Part shown: positions 22,399 through 34,020 of the stretch, piece after piece | Position numbering within the stretch: the stretch's first letter is position 1 | Layout of the letters: each line of letters begins with the position of its first letter | Source: Ophelia neglecta | Taxonomy: Eukaryota | Length of the DNA: 64,000 nucleotides | Direction of reading: 5' to 3' | NCBI GenBank assembly: GCA_965285935.1 | Contig: OZ260663.1 | Location: 32,860,001 to 32,924,000 of the forward strand | Made by a program: the position numbers and the translations under genes | The notes under the pieces: model-generated | The model's input: the letters and a program-made list of their open reading frames with translations, nothing else | Databases searched by the model: none | What the model was told of the DNA's origin: nothing

Positions 22399-25300
22399 CT
22401 GAAGCATACAAGTCATTTATATTAAAGTCAATCATTTCCCATATCAAAGATTAAAGTAAAACTCCTGTCTCAATAAAAAGCTGTACCGATAAGCCAGTAA
22501 AAGTGGTAGTAAGCTCAATAGAGCGAGTGATCTTGGCGAGCAATAATGTACCAACCCCATCCCAAGGCATCCCATAACCCAAATCCCACCCAAACCGCAA
22601 TCCCTACCCCCACCACCTCCAAGCCAACCCCGCTTATTGGTTTTTGTGAACACTATATAGTCATAGCAAACTGGGAATTTGATTTGTCAATGCTGTCATG
22701 CTTTGCGACTTTCCACAAATATCATTGACATAGACAACAAAATTAACATAATCCCCAGACTAGGCCTACCTTGGCGAGCGTGACGTCACCAATTGTACCT
22801 CCGCAGCATCTTTGTAGCTGATTGTTAATTTCTTCTTTGTTTTCTTCAATTATCTGCTTGAAAATGCTTGGGTCGAGTACTAAAAGATAATTTCAAATAA
22901 TATTTTTTAAATCATATTGTAAGATGTAAATATCTTAGATTTCAAACCTATGAAATAACACTACTGTCCTTTCCAATTGTATCTGCATGCTATGGGCCTG
23001 ATCAGTGAAACAGGTAATCTCAGTCTACCTGATGATGGGATTTCTCTTTTCCTTCTGCCTGATCCCGGTGGGTAGGCTGAACACAGAGCATTGTTTGGAG
23101 CCCCATAAACATAAAATGTGATGTCGATGGCGTCCCTGCTGCCTTCCTTGGTATACACCGGGGAGCCTGCGGCCAACGTCACCTCAGTGGCAGTGCACCA
23201 GTCCAGAAAGCTGGCACTATAGGAAGTATGAGGCTTATAGACAAACACAGGTCCGACCCGGAAGATGGTATATACGAGATCCAGTATGAAGAAAACAAGA
23301 ATCTTGCTAAAAAGGTGAAACTATGCTATATAGGCCTTTAAGGTTTATTAAAAACAAACCCAAATTTGGCTTAAATGGTGCAACTAAAGCCTGTATGTAC
23401 ACATCAGCAGGGTAGGTCTAAACAAACCTTAAACATATATTTTCCCATAATATTTGTAACATGGTGTAAATACATATTTCGGTATAATATTTGTAAAAAA
23501 AAATAACTTTATAAAAAGGCATGAAAAGTTCTAATCTGATAGGCGGCACTAGACCAAGCGAGCTTCTTATAGATTTACACATGTCTGGTGTACAACAACT
23601 TTACACAAGGTACAGTAAAACCTGCGAATTAAGTCCACTCAAGCTCAAGGGACTTGAAACTACTGGTCGTATTATGGAGGCGGTCTGTTTACAAAGGTTA
23701 TTTTACATTTGAAGAGTATAACATGGTCATCATCCCAGTGGTCTGAATAAACAGGTGTGCTAAATTCAGAGGTGCTTTCAATGTTTCTGTTACAATGTTA
23801 AATATGCTTGTAATTAAATATCAATATGTAAAATTATATCATGTGTAGCTGTCCCCCACGTGTGACATGGGCAGGTAGAAGATGGGTTGTGTTACTAACC
23901 TGACACCGACATTTGATCCACGGCAGCAGTCGTGCACTTTTGTATTACAAAATTTGTTGATGTGAGGAGCAAATATTTGTCGGAGTGCTGTCCACATTAT
24001 ATGAAACTGAAGAAGAGAGATAAAATGTCCACCTGCTGCTTAACGTTAAGAAAACGTGTTTCCAAACAAATAACTGTGGCAAAGAATTAATTAAAAAGTT
24101 TGTTGCTATGTACACGGTATAATGTTACATATAAGGTACCCGCTCTATCCTCCATCATATTTAATAAATGTCACCTGAAATTGTGAATTTATGAATATTA
24201 AAGTAAAATATATCATATTACGTCAATGTATTCATCGTTGCGTGCACTGCAATCTTATATTGTGCTTTTGCTCTGGCATGCACTGGCATCGGCGACTCGT
24301 GTGTCTTTGTGCAATGTTTTCCTTATTTCATTGCTATATTGCCATATTGTCTTTAAATATCATAATTATTTACCAAAAACAGAGTGTTAAATTACACTTG
24401 TTCAGAATAACGTATAATATATGATCAGGTAGCATACCTTTTATTGATTACATGAAAATAATTGCATTGCTAAAGATATCAATATTATATTATCAAATAA
24501 ACCAAAAGTTCTTCAGAGAGTGAGTTTCCCTTATTGGAACTTTAGTGTTACCTTATAGTTAACAAGAAACAAAACCTTACTTTTAACAAGGAACAGTACT
24601 TTATTGTTAGCAAGAAATAATACCTTATTTTGTTAAAAGAAAAAAAATACCTGAGAAGGATGAGCATAGAGCCGTGTGCGCACCGATATCTTTATTTCTT
24701 CCTTTTTCTCTGGAAATGTTGTATAATACTCTAAAGACTCATTGTATGTTAACGTAATACAGCTAACTTTTATGCATAAAAGTAACTACATGTATATATG
24801 ATCGAGAGGCAGAAACACATGTAAAATAATCTACTGCCCAATAGATGTCAGCACTATATCAGTACCTATAACAAGTTACTGTGATTGTGACAGGTGGTGC
24901 ACTGCCTATAGGGCCAGAGTGTCAAATTAGTATTTAATATTAACATTCATCAAATACGGTCCTTTTTAAATATATAAATTATCGATTCTTAACTGTGAAT
25001 TAAATACTAGACAAAGTTGCTTCCGGGTTATTTAACGGTTTAAACGTAAGAAAGAAGGCAGCTCTGCATATTTTCCTGTGTATTTTCTCATAGCAGTGAC
25101 CCCAACATTTGATTCAGCCGCTGTGGGCACCGACGCAACAAGTTTAAAAAGCATTCATAAAACTACTCATTAACTAATCAATAATTATTTGTGATAAGTT
25201 TGTGGCTGAAGAGGTTCTCCCCACACCCCCCGATGGCGGATATATTATGTGGTGTATGTAATCGTAAGGGAAGCACGTGCATCAATTGCCTGAAAATATG

Positions 25301-28300
25301 ACTAACTTTGAAGATGAAAAAAGGAGGTTTTCAATGACAGCAGATATTAAATTTATATAATATGTATACATGTATAATTTGGCTGTTTAACTAAGTGATA
25401 GTACCTTCTGGAACCAGTATATGAATGCTCCACTGGATCGGCAGGTACTCCAGTGAGGCAGCACTCTAAAGAGGGCATTGAGCCCACTGTCACATGTAGG
25501 CACTGTGGCGATATGACCGATAAGTGTTGAAAGCCACGTAAAACCCCAAACAACAACAACATCCACTGGATATAATTTTCAGAATTTTTTTCAGGCTTTA
25601 TACAACCTATACATTAGCCCCATTACTGATGGGGTTCTATAAGTTAACCCCCCTTTTTGTTGGGATGCTATAAGATAAGGTTTTTATAAAAAAGCCATTT
25701 TTTTGCCTGTTCCGTGTATCTTCTTTCATCATAACCTGCATACGCGGGCCTTCGACGATAAAATTCGGGCAATGAATCAATTTTTCGCCCCAGTTTTAGG
25801 ACTATTTTCCATTTTAAAATTTCTTTTAATACTATACTATAGGGTCAATTTTTCTGTGGCATTGCTATAAGAATGATCCCCCAACTTGAGTTCTATCTGT
25901 GCATCCCTACCATAAGTCTTGGACAGTGCCCACCCCCTACCACCACCATCCCCCCACCCCCCCCCCCCCCACCCCCCACCAACCCCCCACCCCCCATCCC
26001 CTGGTGCTTACGCTTTGTACAATCTCTAAAACTTTTGACGTTGCACATACTCTACCTTACGATTACTTTAACACATGAATGCATGGCCGACTAGGTGCGT
26101 GGTTCTCCCCTACGTCAGGAGTATTTCTTAGGACATATTTTCCCAAAGAATTGGTTAATTAGTTAAATTGATTAAGTTCCTAATGCGACATGCCTATTTG
26201 CAAATAGAATGGGATCACCAGTTACATTGCAGATCTATAAGTTAGGCCTATACCGGTAAACTTGCTATTATCGTCTACTTTCAAAGGATATTCATTACCT
26301 ACGTCTTACCTTGACAATTTTCTCCCTGAAAGTTGGCAGTGCACACACATTTACATAAATTCGCTCCTAGAAAATGACATGAAGCTTTTCAATTCGTGTG
26401 GTATTAAGGAGTAATGGAGACTATATATATTTCCTATTGATACATAATAAATGACAAGTCTTGTTAATCACAAATTTAAAACAAAAAAGAAACGTAAAAA
26501 TAGCCTAATTAAGTTGTGTTGCATTAACTGCGTAATGATACTTTACATATTTCACTTACAGCTTTTGCTAGGAGCAAAATCATTGCTTGGCTGAAACAAT
26601 GTTCCTTACCGTTGTCAAAGAATGGAGTTCCGCTGTTTTGACAAGGGTAAGTTGCACAAGGCAGGGGGCTCGGCGTAGTGGGAACAGGAATCGGCGCTGT
26701 GGTCGTTGTGACAATGGGGGTTGGAGCTGGGGTTGGGTTAGGAGTGACAATGGGGGTTGGAGCTGGGGTTGGGTTAGGAGTGACAATGGGGGTTGGAGCT
26801 GGGGTTGGGTTAGGAGTGACAATGGGGGTTGGAGCTGGGGTTGGGTTAGGAGTGACAATGGGGGTTGGAGCTGGGGTTGGGTTAGGAGTGACAATGGGGG
26901 TTGGAGCTGGGGTTGGGTTAGGAGTGACAATGGGGGTCGGAGCGGGGGTTGGGTTAGGAGTGACAATAGGGGTTGGAGCGGCGGTTGGGTTAGGAGTGAC
27001 AATGGGGGTTGGAGCTGGGGTTGGGTTAGGAGTGACAATGGGGGTTGGAGCTGGGGTTGGGTTAGGAGTGACAATGGGGGTTGGAGCTGGGGTTGGGTTA
27101 GGAGTGACAATGGGGGTTGGAGCTGGGGTTGGGTTAGGAGTGACAATGGGGGTTGGAGCGGGGGTTGGGTTAGGAGTGACAATAGGGGTTGGAGCGGCGG
27201 TTGGGTTAGGAGTGACAATGGGGGTTGGAGCTGGGGTTGGGTTAGGAGTGACAATAGGGGTTGGAGCTGGGGTTGGGTTAGGAGTGACAATGGGGGTCGG
27301 AGCTGGGGTTGGGTTAGGAGTGACAATGGGGGTTGGAGCTGGGGTTGGGTTAGGAGTGACAATGGGGGTTGGAGCTGGGGTTGGGTTAGGAGTTACAATG
27401 GGGGTCGGAGCTGGGGTTGGGTTAGGAGTGACAATGGGGGTTGGAGCTGGGGTTGGGTTAGTAGTAGTGGTAGGTGTGACACATGAAGGTGGTCCACTGG
27501 ATGCCACTGAATACAAGAAATAAGAAATATGACGATTAGAATAAGGATTCTTGGTCTGTTTATTCTATATCCCTTCCTCATTTGTCTTCGAAAAAATAGG
27601 GCAAATAGCTCTGCTGTAGCCACGAATAAAACTCCTTTGGCTGTGATTATCACATATCGTCCTATTAGGCACTAAGGTTTATATACCAGGATAACTCACC
27701 ACACAGTTGGCACATCATGGGACATCCATCGCGAATCATTTCACCGTATGTTAGATCAGAGCACATGAAGGCCGGCCAACCTTGATTGCAATTGGCGCTT
27801 AAATCTTGACATACCTCTGCAATGAATTTGTCACCCTACTAGTAATCAACTCCTTTGGTATACAGACATTAAATTTGTCTAGTCCTGCCCTTCAACAAAC
27901 TAAAAATCCTTAATGCAGCTTTGGAGTGTCCAATAAAGTTAATGAAAAAATATATTCTGTCTTTAATTTTTAAAGCATCCATTTTATGTAATTCGAATCT
28001 GTTCATAGCGAGATTTAAATACTATTTTTGTTCCACCCATAGCATGCTCATGATTTCCAAGAATTGGCCTTGATTGCAAACGCGAAATTATTCATTTACG
28101 CAAACAGTTAAAGAATGTGTTCAAATGGGCGCCTTGTACCAACGTCTATACTACTAAACATGTTAAACTTCTAACACTTCTCGCCTTTTAAGAATCACAA
28201 GTGGAATTACTATGGCATCTGGAAGACAGCTCTAAAATTTGTTTTGCTTCAATGAAAGTAGCATGTTGATTCTTACCCTAAATGCGTATCACTTAATCAA

Positions 28301-31300
28301 AAAGAACTCTTGCAATAATGTTGTGACATTCGTGTAAACTTATTAGATTAAGGGAGTTTCTTACAATCCGATAAACTTTGCCACAGGTATTGACGTTCTT
28401 ATTTAAATTCAACTCTGAAATTCAAACTTGCCAAACACGACAATCCAATAATTTATAAACGGAGAAGCCCATCTTACCAGACAGCTCTACCTTATATCAA
28501 TAACCTTACAAAAACAAACTAGAATAAGGGTACCCGGAGATCAGATCCGTCATGCTCGCCAGGTGGCGCGTCATCTATCATCCCGACCCACCTGACACTA
28601 CTGTTAGGGTTAATATTCATAATGCCGGAAAGTGGAAAGCGGACAGCGAATGTAATAAGTAAACATACTGATATATCAAAGTAGACAGTCACCGATTGCC
28701 GGAAATATTTGAAGAAACGGGATTATAACAATTCTTGTTCAGCTGCTGGTGCTTCGACGTAGAAGCTCCACACTCTTTCACACAACAGACATAGTAAGGC
28801 ATGATCGCTTATTCATATGTCCTACTTCAGTAAAATTTTAAGGCCTAAAAAATTAAATTACACGGCCATAATCGGCTTACACTTCCTTGAGACATGTTTT
28901 TTTTGTAAACAGCTGGTTTTCTTATCCCTACTTTCTCGCAGAAAGCGCTAATCTCGCGAGATTATTACACAACACGGTGGCGGTGCCTTTCGGCGATGTA
29001 TCTCAAATAGGCTATGTTGCCTAGTAATTAAATGATCTACGGGGTCCCTTATTGATTCCCTTACGATTTCATAACATGTACTAAAGCTTTATTAATTCTT
29101 CAAACCACATCATGAATTAATACTTTTCATCATTTGTTTGGTTTGCTCATCATCGTATTTTCAATGCGTAATAATTGTAATAATTAGCATATATTTTTTT
29201 CCGTTGCAATTCTGCTAGACTTTAATATTGGCTCATTTATAGAGGACCTATAAGCCACCGGCTTCCTATCAGCCTGCCTATAAATTCTGTGCATTTAAAA
29301 ACTTATTTATATCCTGGAGCATTTATTCTAGTGTTTATTAAATGTATACTTTGTCAGTTTGTAAATATACTCGGTATCAACTTTAAACATTTATAAATTG
29401 AAATGAACTAAATTAATTTAAATTTATTTGGGAGTATAACTGTCTCATGTAATACGTACGCGAGCAATCCGCCCCCATCCAGCCAGCATCACATGTGCAC
29501 GAGCACTGGGTCGCAGTCTCAACTTTAGTTCCACAGTTTTTGCAGTTAGCTTGACAAGCTGAAAAATAGGTAGTTTAAGCAAAAAAGAAGGTCCAACGTT
29601 TCAAAATATGATAAAGTTCGGTTTACGGAAGGTTATATAGTTTCCTTACCACACTGTGGGTCGTTCAGATTGGGACATTCTCCTTAGATAAATAAGAAAC
29701 AGGTAATGTCACATGACGGTTAATAATAGATGTTCTATTCAAAACATGTTTCGTCACGGATAAGAACAACTCAATTATATATCCAGGGTAGGTGTATTAT
29801 GGTTGCACGCTCTACCAGCGGATGAACATGCCTAGGAAGTTTTTCAAGAAATTGGCAACCGTTCCACCCTCACAGCGTGTATTAAAATAACCTCGGTTTT
29901 ATATAACCATCATAGATTTATATAAGTTGAATAAGACGAAGGGTCGAACACTATTCATACCCATGATTTGTTCAATGAAATTCACAGTGTACGTAGTGCT
30001 AACCGTACAGGGAGGTACGGTAATCGTCATGGCAACTGATGACTTTTATTGGCTAATTTACATACCTTTATTGGGTCTTTAGCAGCCCTTAAATGAAATG
30101 TTTGATACCGCGCAACGGAAGACACGTTGATCGTACCGATTAAAACACACTTTGCGATCATCGAAACAAACTGTACAACATTTGTAGTCTGCTACTGTAT
30201 GGATTTGAACAGGGGTTTTACCTTTTTTAAACGGATACATTTAGAGTGAGACTTCCTTATTAAATGTTTCGTTGAGAATAGAGACTGATTTGGGCGATGG
30301 AAATGACTTAACTTATGTGTGTAACTTCCCTATGGAACTCACCTGCCGGCATAATGATGACCGCACAGGGAGGTACGGTCAACACTACCTACACTGCATG
30401 TGAAGTTGGAGGTAAAAATCTTACTTTCACACAAGTTGCCAAGGCACCAACTCTTTCCATTGGTACATAGACTACAGGCCGTCCCCTTCAGAAACGGGAA
30501 CTGATTAGGGTAATTTCCACTATCAATATAAATAAGAGAAAAATATTATTCACATAGACGTCTCTTTCTAATTTGGTTATTAAAGTGACATCAAGGAAAT
30601 ACATCCCATTCAAATATATTTATTAAATTACAGTGACCTTAGGAATTAGATCTAACACCTGCACGTTGAATCGGAAAGAGTATTGGTCTATTACAAAAAA
30701 CGAGTGTCACGAGTTGACGCTAAATCTATTAGCAAAAATGCTGCGATCTAAGAGAATAAATGCCATTCCTTTCGCTATCTAACTTAAAAGGGCAATAGTA
30801 GGCAATTTAATATTTGTAATTATTTTGGAAATATGCCATTCAAACGTATACTTCATTTGCTACAAGTGCCATCAATACTTTCTATTTTGTCGAGGAATAC
30901 ATGACAAGACAACTTACGCAGGACCGTAGTTGCAGACCACAACCAATCCGTTTGTTATAGCTGAACCTTTAATGGTGGCGCACGTTTTCCATCCACAGCC
31001 AATGTCTCGACTCTTTGCCCAAACTAACTAAATAATAATGGTCAAAAGTTTAAAGATTATTTCGAAAATAAATGGGTTTGTTGACTGGTAAGTTTAGAAA
31101 ATATAATGATCATTTACCTGTGTGTAATGGCCACATAATTGGTTAGCCTGACAAACTTGGGTGGAATAGTCATAAAACGATTTTTCTTGGAACCATGCCT
31201 CGATGACGTCACTGATGACGATGTTGCTGCCGGATGTAGTATAGATGTTCTGTCCGATAGGATCGTAGGGTGGACTGGGGACTGTCGGCTGTCCGTGGTT

Positions 31301-34020
31301 AAAATCACACGTGTCTGCCCAGTCCTGCGCCATGTCCGCCAGAACAGTATGCCACACCTGTACAGAGGGAATAGGTCATTAACGGGTAATATGTTATCAA
31401 GATTGTCATGCCAGGCAGCCGAACAATTCAGCCTACATATTCATATAAAGATGAGACATATGGGAAAATCTCTATGTTCATGTCATACAATCTGAACAAA
31501 ATCCGTCGACATAGGTATGAATAATGTAATATGAAAAAACTGAACTAAGTGACCAATCAGATCACATCAAACCAAATCCTTCTTATCTACTACACGCTGG
31601 TGGGTGTATTGAATTGGTTTCTATCTATATGGCTTAACTTGTGTCAGGTGTATTTCTTCCCCTGTCTCAGTATATTATTCGATCGTGTTTATACAAGCTC
31701 CTACTCCACGGAACTGAACTGAGGAATAGGCTCTCTTTAAAACGACAACGTGACTTAGAGTGTTCGCAAATATTTCTTGCCAAATGTGTCCAAGGGTTTC
31801 GATCTAGGATGAACAATGAGCTAGCCAGATTGATATCAAGTTGACGCAACCAAACAAAAAGGAGGTGGCTCAACTAAAAATATACAGTAGGCTCAACTAG
31901 TATTAGCTGTGTCAGGTTGTTCTAGTTATCTTCACTAGAAAATCCGAAATTCTTTTTAAGAGTGTAGAGTGCTGAGAAAGGACAAATGAACCTTGGGACA
32001 AATTAAACTTCGGATTCTAGGGATGTCATCAGAAAGTCCACATCATTTCAAAGTTATTTCTTTTGCTCCTTACAGCGAGGAAATCAGTGAGATATAAACC
32101 CATTGAGCCAAAAGTGAGATTTGTTTAAGTCAAAAAAGGTAAAATATTTGTCCAAAATCTGCAGCCCTTGTAGTATAAGCGAGAAATCGTAAGTTGGCCA
32201 TAGGCTGTTTACAGAAACGTCCTTAATTATTAGGAGCACCAGATCCCAGGATTTTATATAGGTATATACTAGCCAGACGACACGGCAAGCCACATACACG
32301 GCGCTTACAGCTTGTAGGACGGAAAGGGGTCTGTTTGTAATAAATCTTCAATGTATTGCTATGTATTTCTGTCTTTTTGGCAAGCACATAAACATATTAT
32401 AGTTACATTTAAGGCACTTTAATTGTGCTTTTTAATGTTGATTAATTCTGGCCACCACTCTGTTCACCTGCTAAGAACACATGTAGCCGACAGTGCAATT
32501 AAGCTGATCAAATGCGTCGACCTCTAATAGAAAAAAATCAAACGCAAAGAATATACAATTGCAATGGTAATGAGAATTTATTGTTAATTGTATTCTTCAA
32601 TGTAAGATATTTTTCCCGGAATGGAAAAAAAGAGTTTGCTCCTCATCTTTATTTTTAAAATCAATGGCATAAAAACTCAGGTCTATCGTTTGTTGACTTT
32701 ATAGCTTACTTCTGAAAGCAAAGCGAAAATGAACTTTAAATACATATATTTTATAAAATGGTACGAGAACACATACGAAATAATAAGTTAGGGTACGGTT
32801 TTGACAATGTTAGGGTATCGTTTTGCTAACAACCCAACTGAAATATTTCATCCGAAGGCTTAGCCCTATCGCAAATCCATGTAGGTCTATATGGCGCTTG
32901 ATGATAACCTTTATTCCTCCATTCATAAAAATTATCAAATAATGAGTTAACTAATAGTAAAAAATTATGGAAACCACATGAATGTTATATTAAGGTATAT
33001 AACAATATTTCACCAACGAAAAGAATTATTACATACAACACCGTCAATAATTAATGTCAGTGTAATAAATACAACTATAGTATTTTAACTGTCCACGTAT
33101 CTGCTAACTGTGTCTCGTATATGCAATTTTATATGCAAATTTCGCAGTGTGTCCCTTTTAAGAGGAAAACTTATTCCTTCAGAAAGGACCACGGGAAGGC
33201 AAAAGAATGTCTATATGCCGATGTAATGGCATTTCTAGATTTATTTAAAAACCCGTTTCATCTATAACGGCGCGCTTGTTTGTCCTCTAGTTTGACCTGT
33301 CTGTCCAAAATATCCAATAAAAGGGGAAGACATCACTTCTTTGTGAAAATGATGAATAGTTGGAAGTTGTAATATTGACATTAACCTTTTCAATTCTCTA
33401 GGCCTAGTCTCTAAACAGCGCCAGAACATGTAGGACCTGCTATGATATATAAACAGCTTTCTTCCCTTTATTTAAATAAATAGAAAAAAACTCAACCCAT
33501 CCTGAAACCTATCTCTTGGTGGCCGTATTTAATAATGTTTGATGAACTTTTTTTTAATGTAGCAGCCCCTTTTTCATTAGCCTATTGCAGAATATATGTT
33601 TAACAAGAGCAGAAAATTAAGTTTTATTTCTTTTATGTTTGAAATATTTGTTTAATGGTGGGGTTTAAATTCAGGCTTTATTTTTTGTATGTTCAAATAT
33701 TTGGGCTTTTAAATATGAAAGTAATTTTAATGGGTAGTACTGTAAAAATGTTTTCTGGAGATTCTTACCAGTCGTTCCATATCCGAGGAGCCCTCTCCAA
33801 CCCTGTAATTGTTATGCACGTCCACTATTAACTGCTGCTCAGCGCTTGTAAAATCCGTTGTTCTCCTCTTTACTCTGTGGTGAATGACTTCTCCAGACAT
33901 ATCCTTCCCGAATAAAACTTGATTAGAGTTTAAATATGCCTCGCATCGTACTTGAGAAACTCCAAAGCTGATGTATAGCGCCAGCCAAGCTTTCAAAAAC
34001 CGATCGTTTGGTAGCATCAT
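21993..34020 (-). CDS. Gene 2: complete type I membrane CAP/SCP-EGF-ShKT-PT stalk-EGF protein, 882 aa
   Basis: 15 phase-consistent GT-AG exons: 34020-33769, 31357-31118, 31027-30918, 30519-30425, 29682-29650, 29558-29460, 27816-27700, 27506-26610, 26366-26310, 24709-24651, 24006-23900, 23216-23029, 22879-22770, 22398-22268, 22146-21993. Total 2649 nt, ATG to TAA with no internal stop. Confidence 0.9.
23613..23781. mobile_element. Degenerate Tc1/pogo-type MITE fragment
   Basis: Begins TA|CAGTAAAACCTG with internal TGGTC..AATAAACAGGTG subrepeats. The right end has decayed. Confidence 0.35.
25435..25560 (+). mobile_element. SINE-like 3' fragment with (CAA)n tail
   Basis: Ends GATATGACCGATAAGTGTTGAAAGCCACGTAAAACCCCAAACAACAACAAC, a tail style I recall from invertebrate SINEs. 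Single copy in the window. Confidence 0.45.
26707..27459 (-). repeat. Coding minisatellite: 21 x 36 bp encoding ([12 protein letters not shown])n, the mucin-like stalk of gene 2
   Basis: Plus-strand unit GGAGTGACAATGGGGGTTGGAGCTGGGGTTGGGTTA. In frame within exon 27506-26610. Confidence 0.97.
27700..29558 (-). CDS. Gene 2 EGF-like exon (29558-29460) and ShKT-like exon (27816-27700)
   Basis: [31 protein letters not shown] and [37 protein letters not shown]. Neither is in the ORF track. Confidence 0.8.
29985..30396. mobile_element. 412-bp element with inverted ends, each carrying an ACCGYAC-AGGGAG-GTACGGT hairpin
   Basis: Outer 24-bp inverted repeat (21/24 identity). Hairpins at 30002-30021 and 30360-30379. 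Confidence 0.65.
30425..33860 (-). CDS. Gene 2 CAP (SCP/PR-1/CRISP) domain and Cys-rich hinge
   Basis: [57 protein letters not shown], then [11 protein letters not shown]...WCLGNLC. These are canonical CAP signatures. Confidence 0.95.

Noticed and set aside
25873-26094. Poly-proline ORF
   Set aside because: A poly-C low-complexity tract at a repeat end, antisense within a gene 2 intron.
26580-27523. Elastin-like ([12 protein letters not shown])n, Trp-rich ([12 protein letters not shown])n and ([12 protein letters not shown])n ORFs
   Set aside because: Alternative frames of the 36-bp repeat. Only the PT frame splices in phase to the flanking ShKT and EGF exons.
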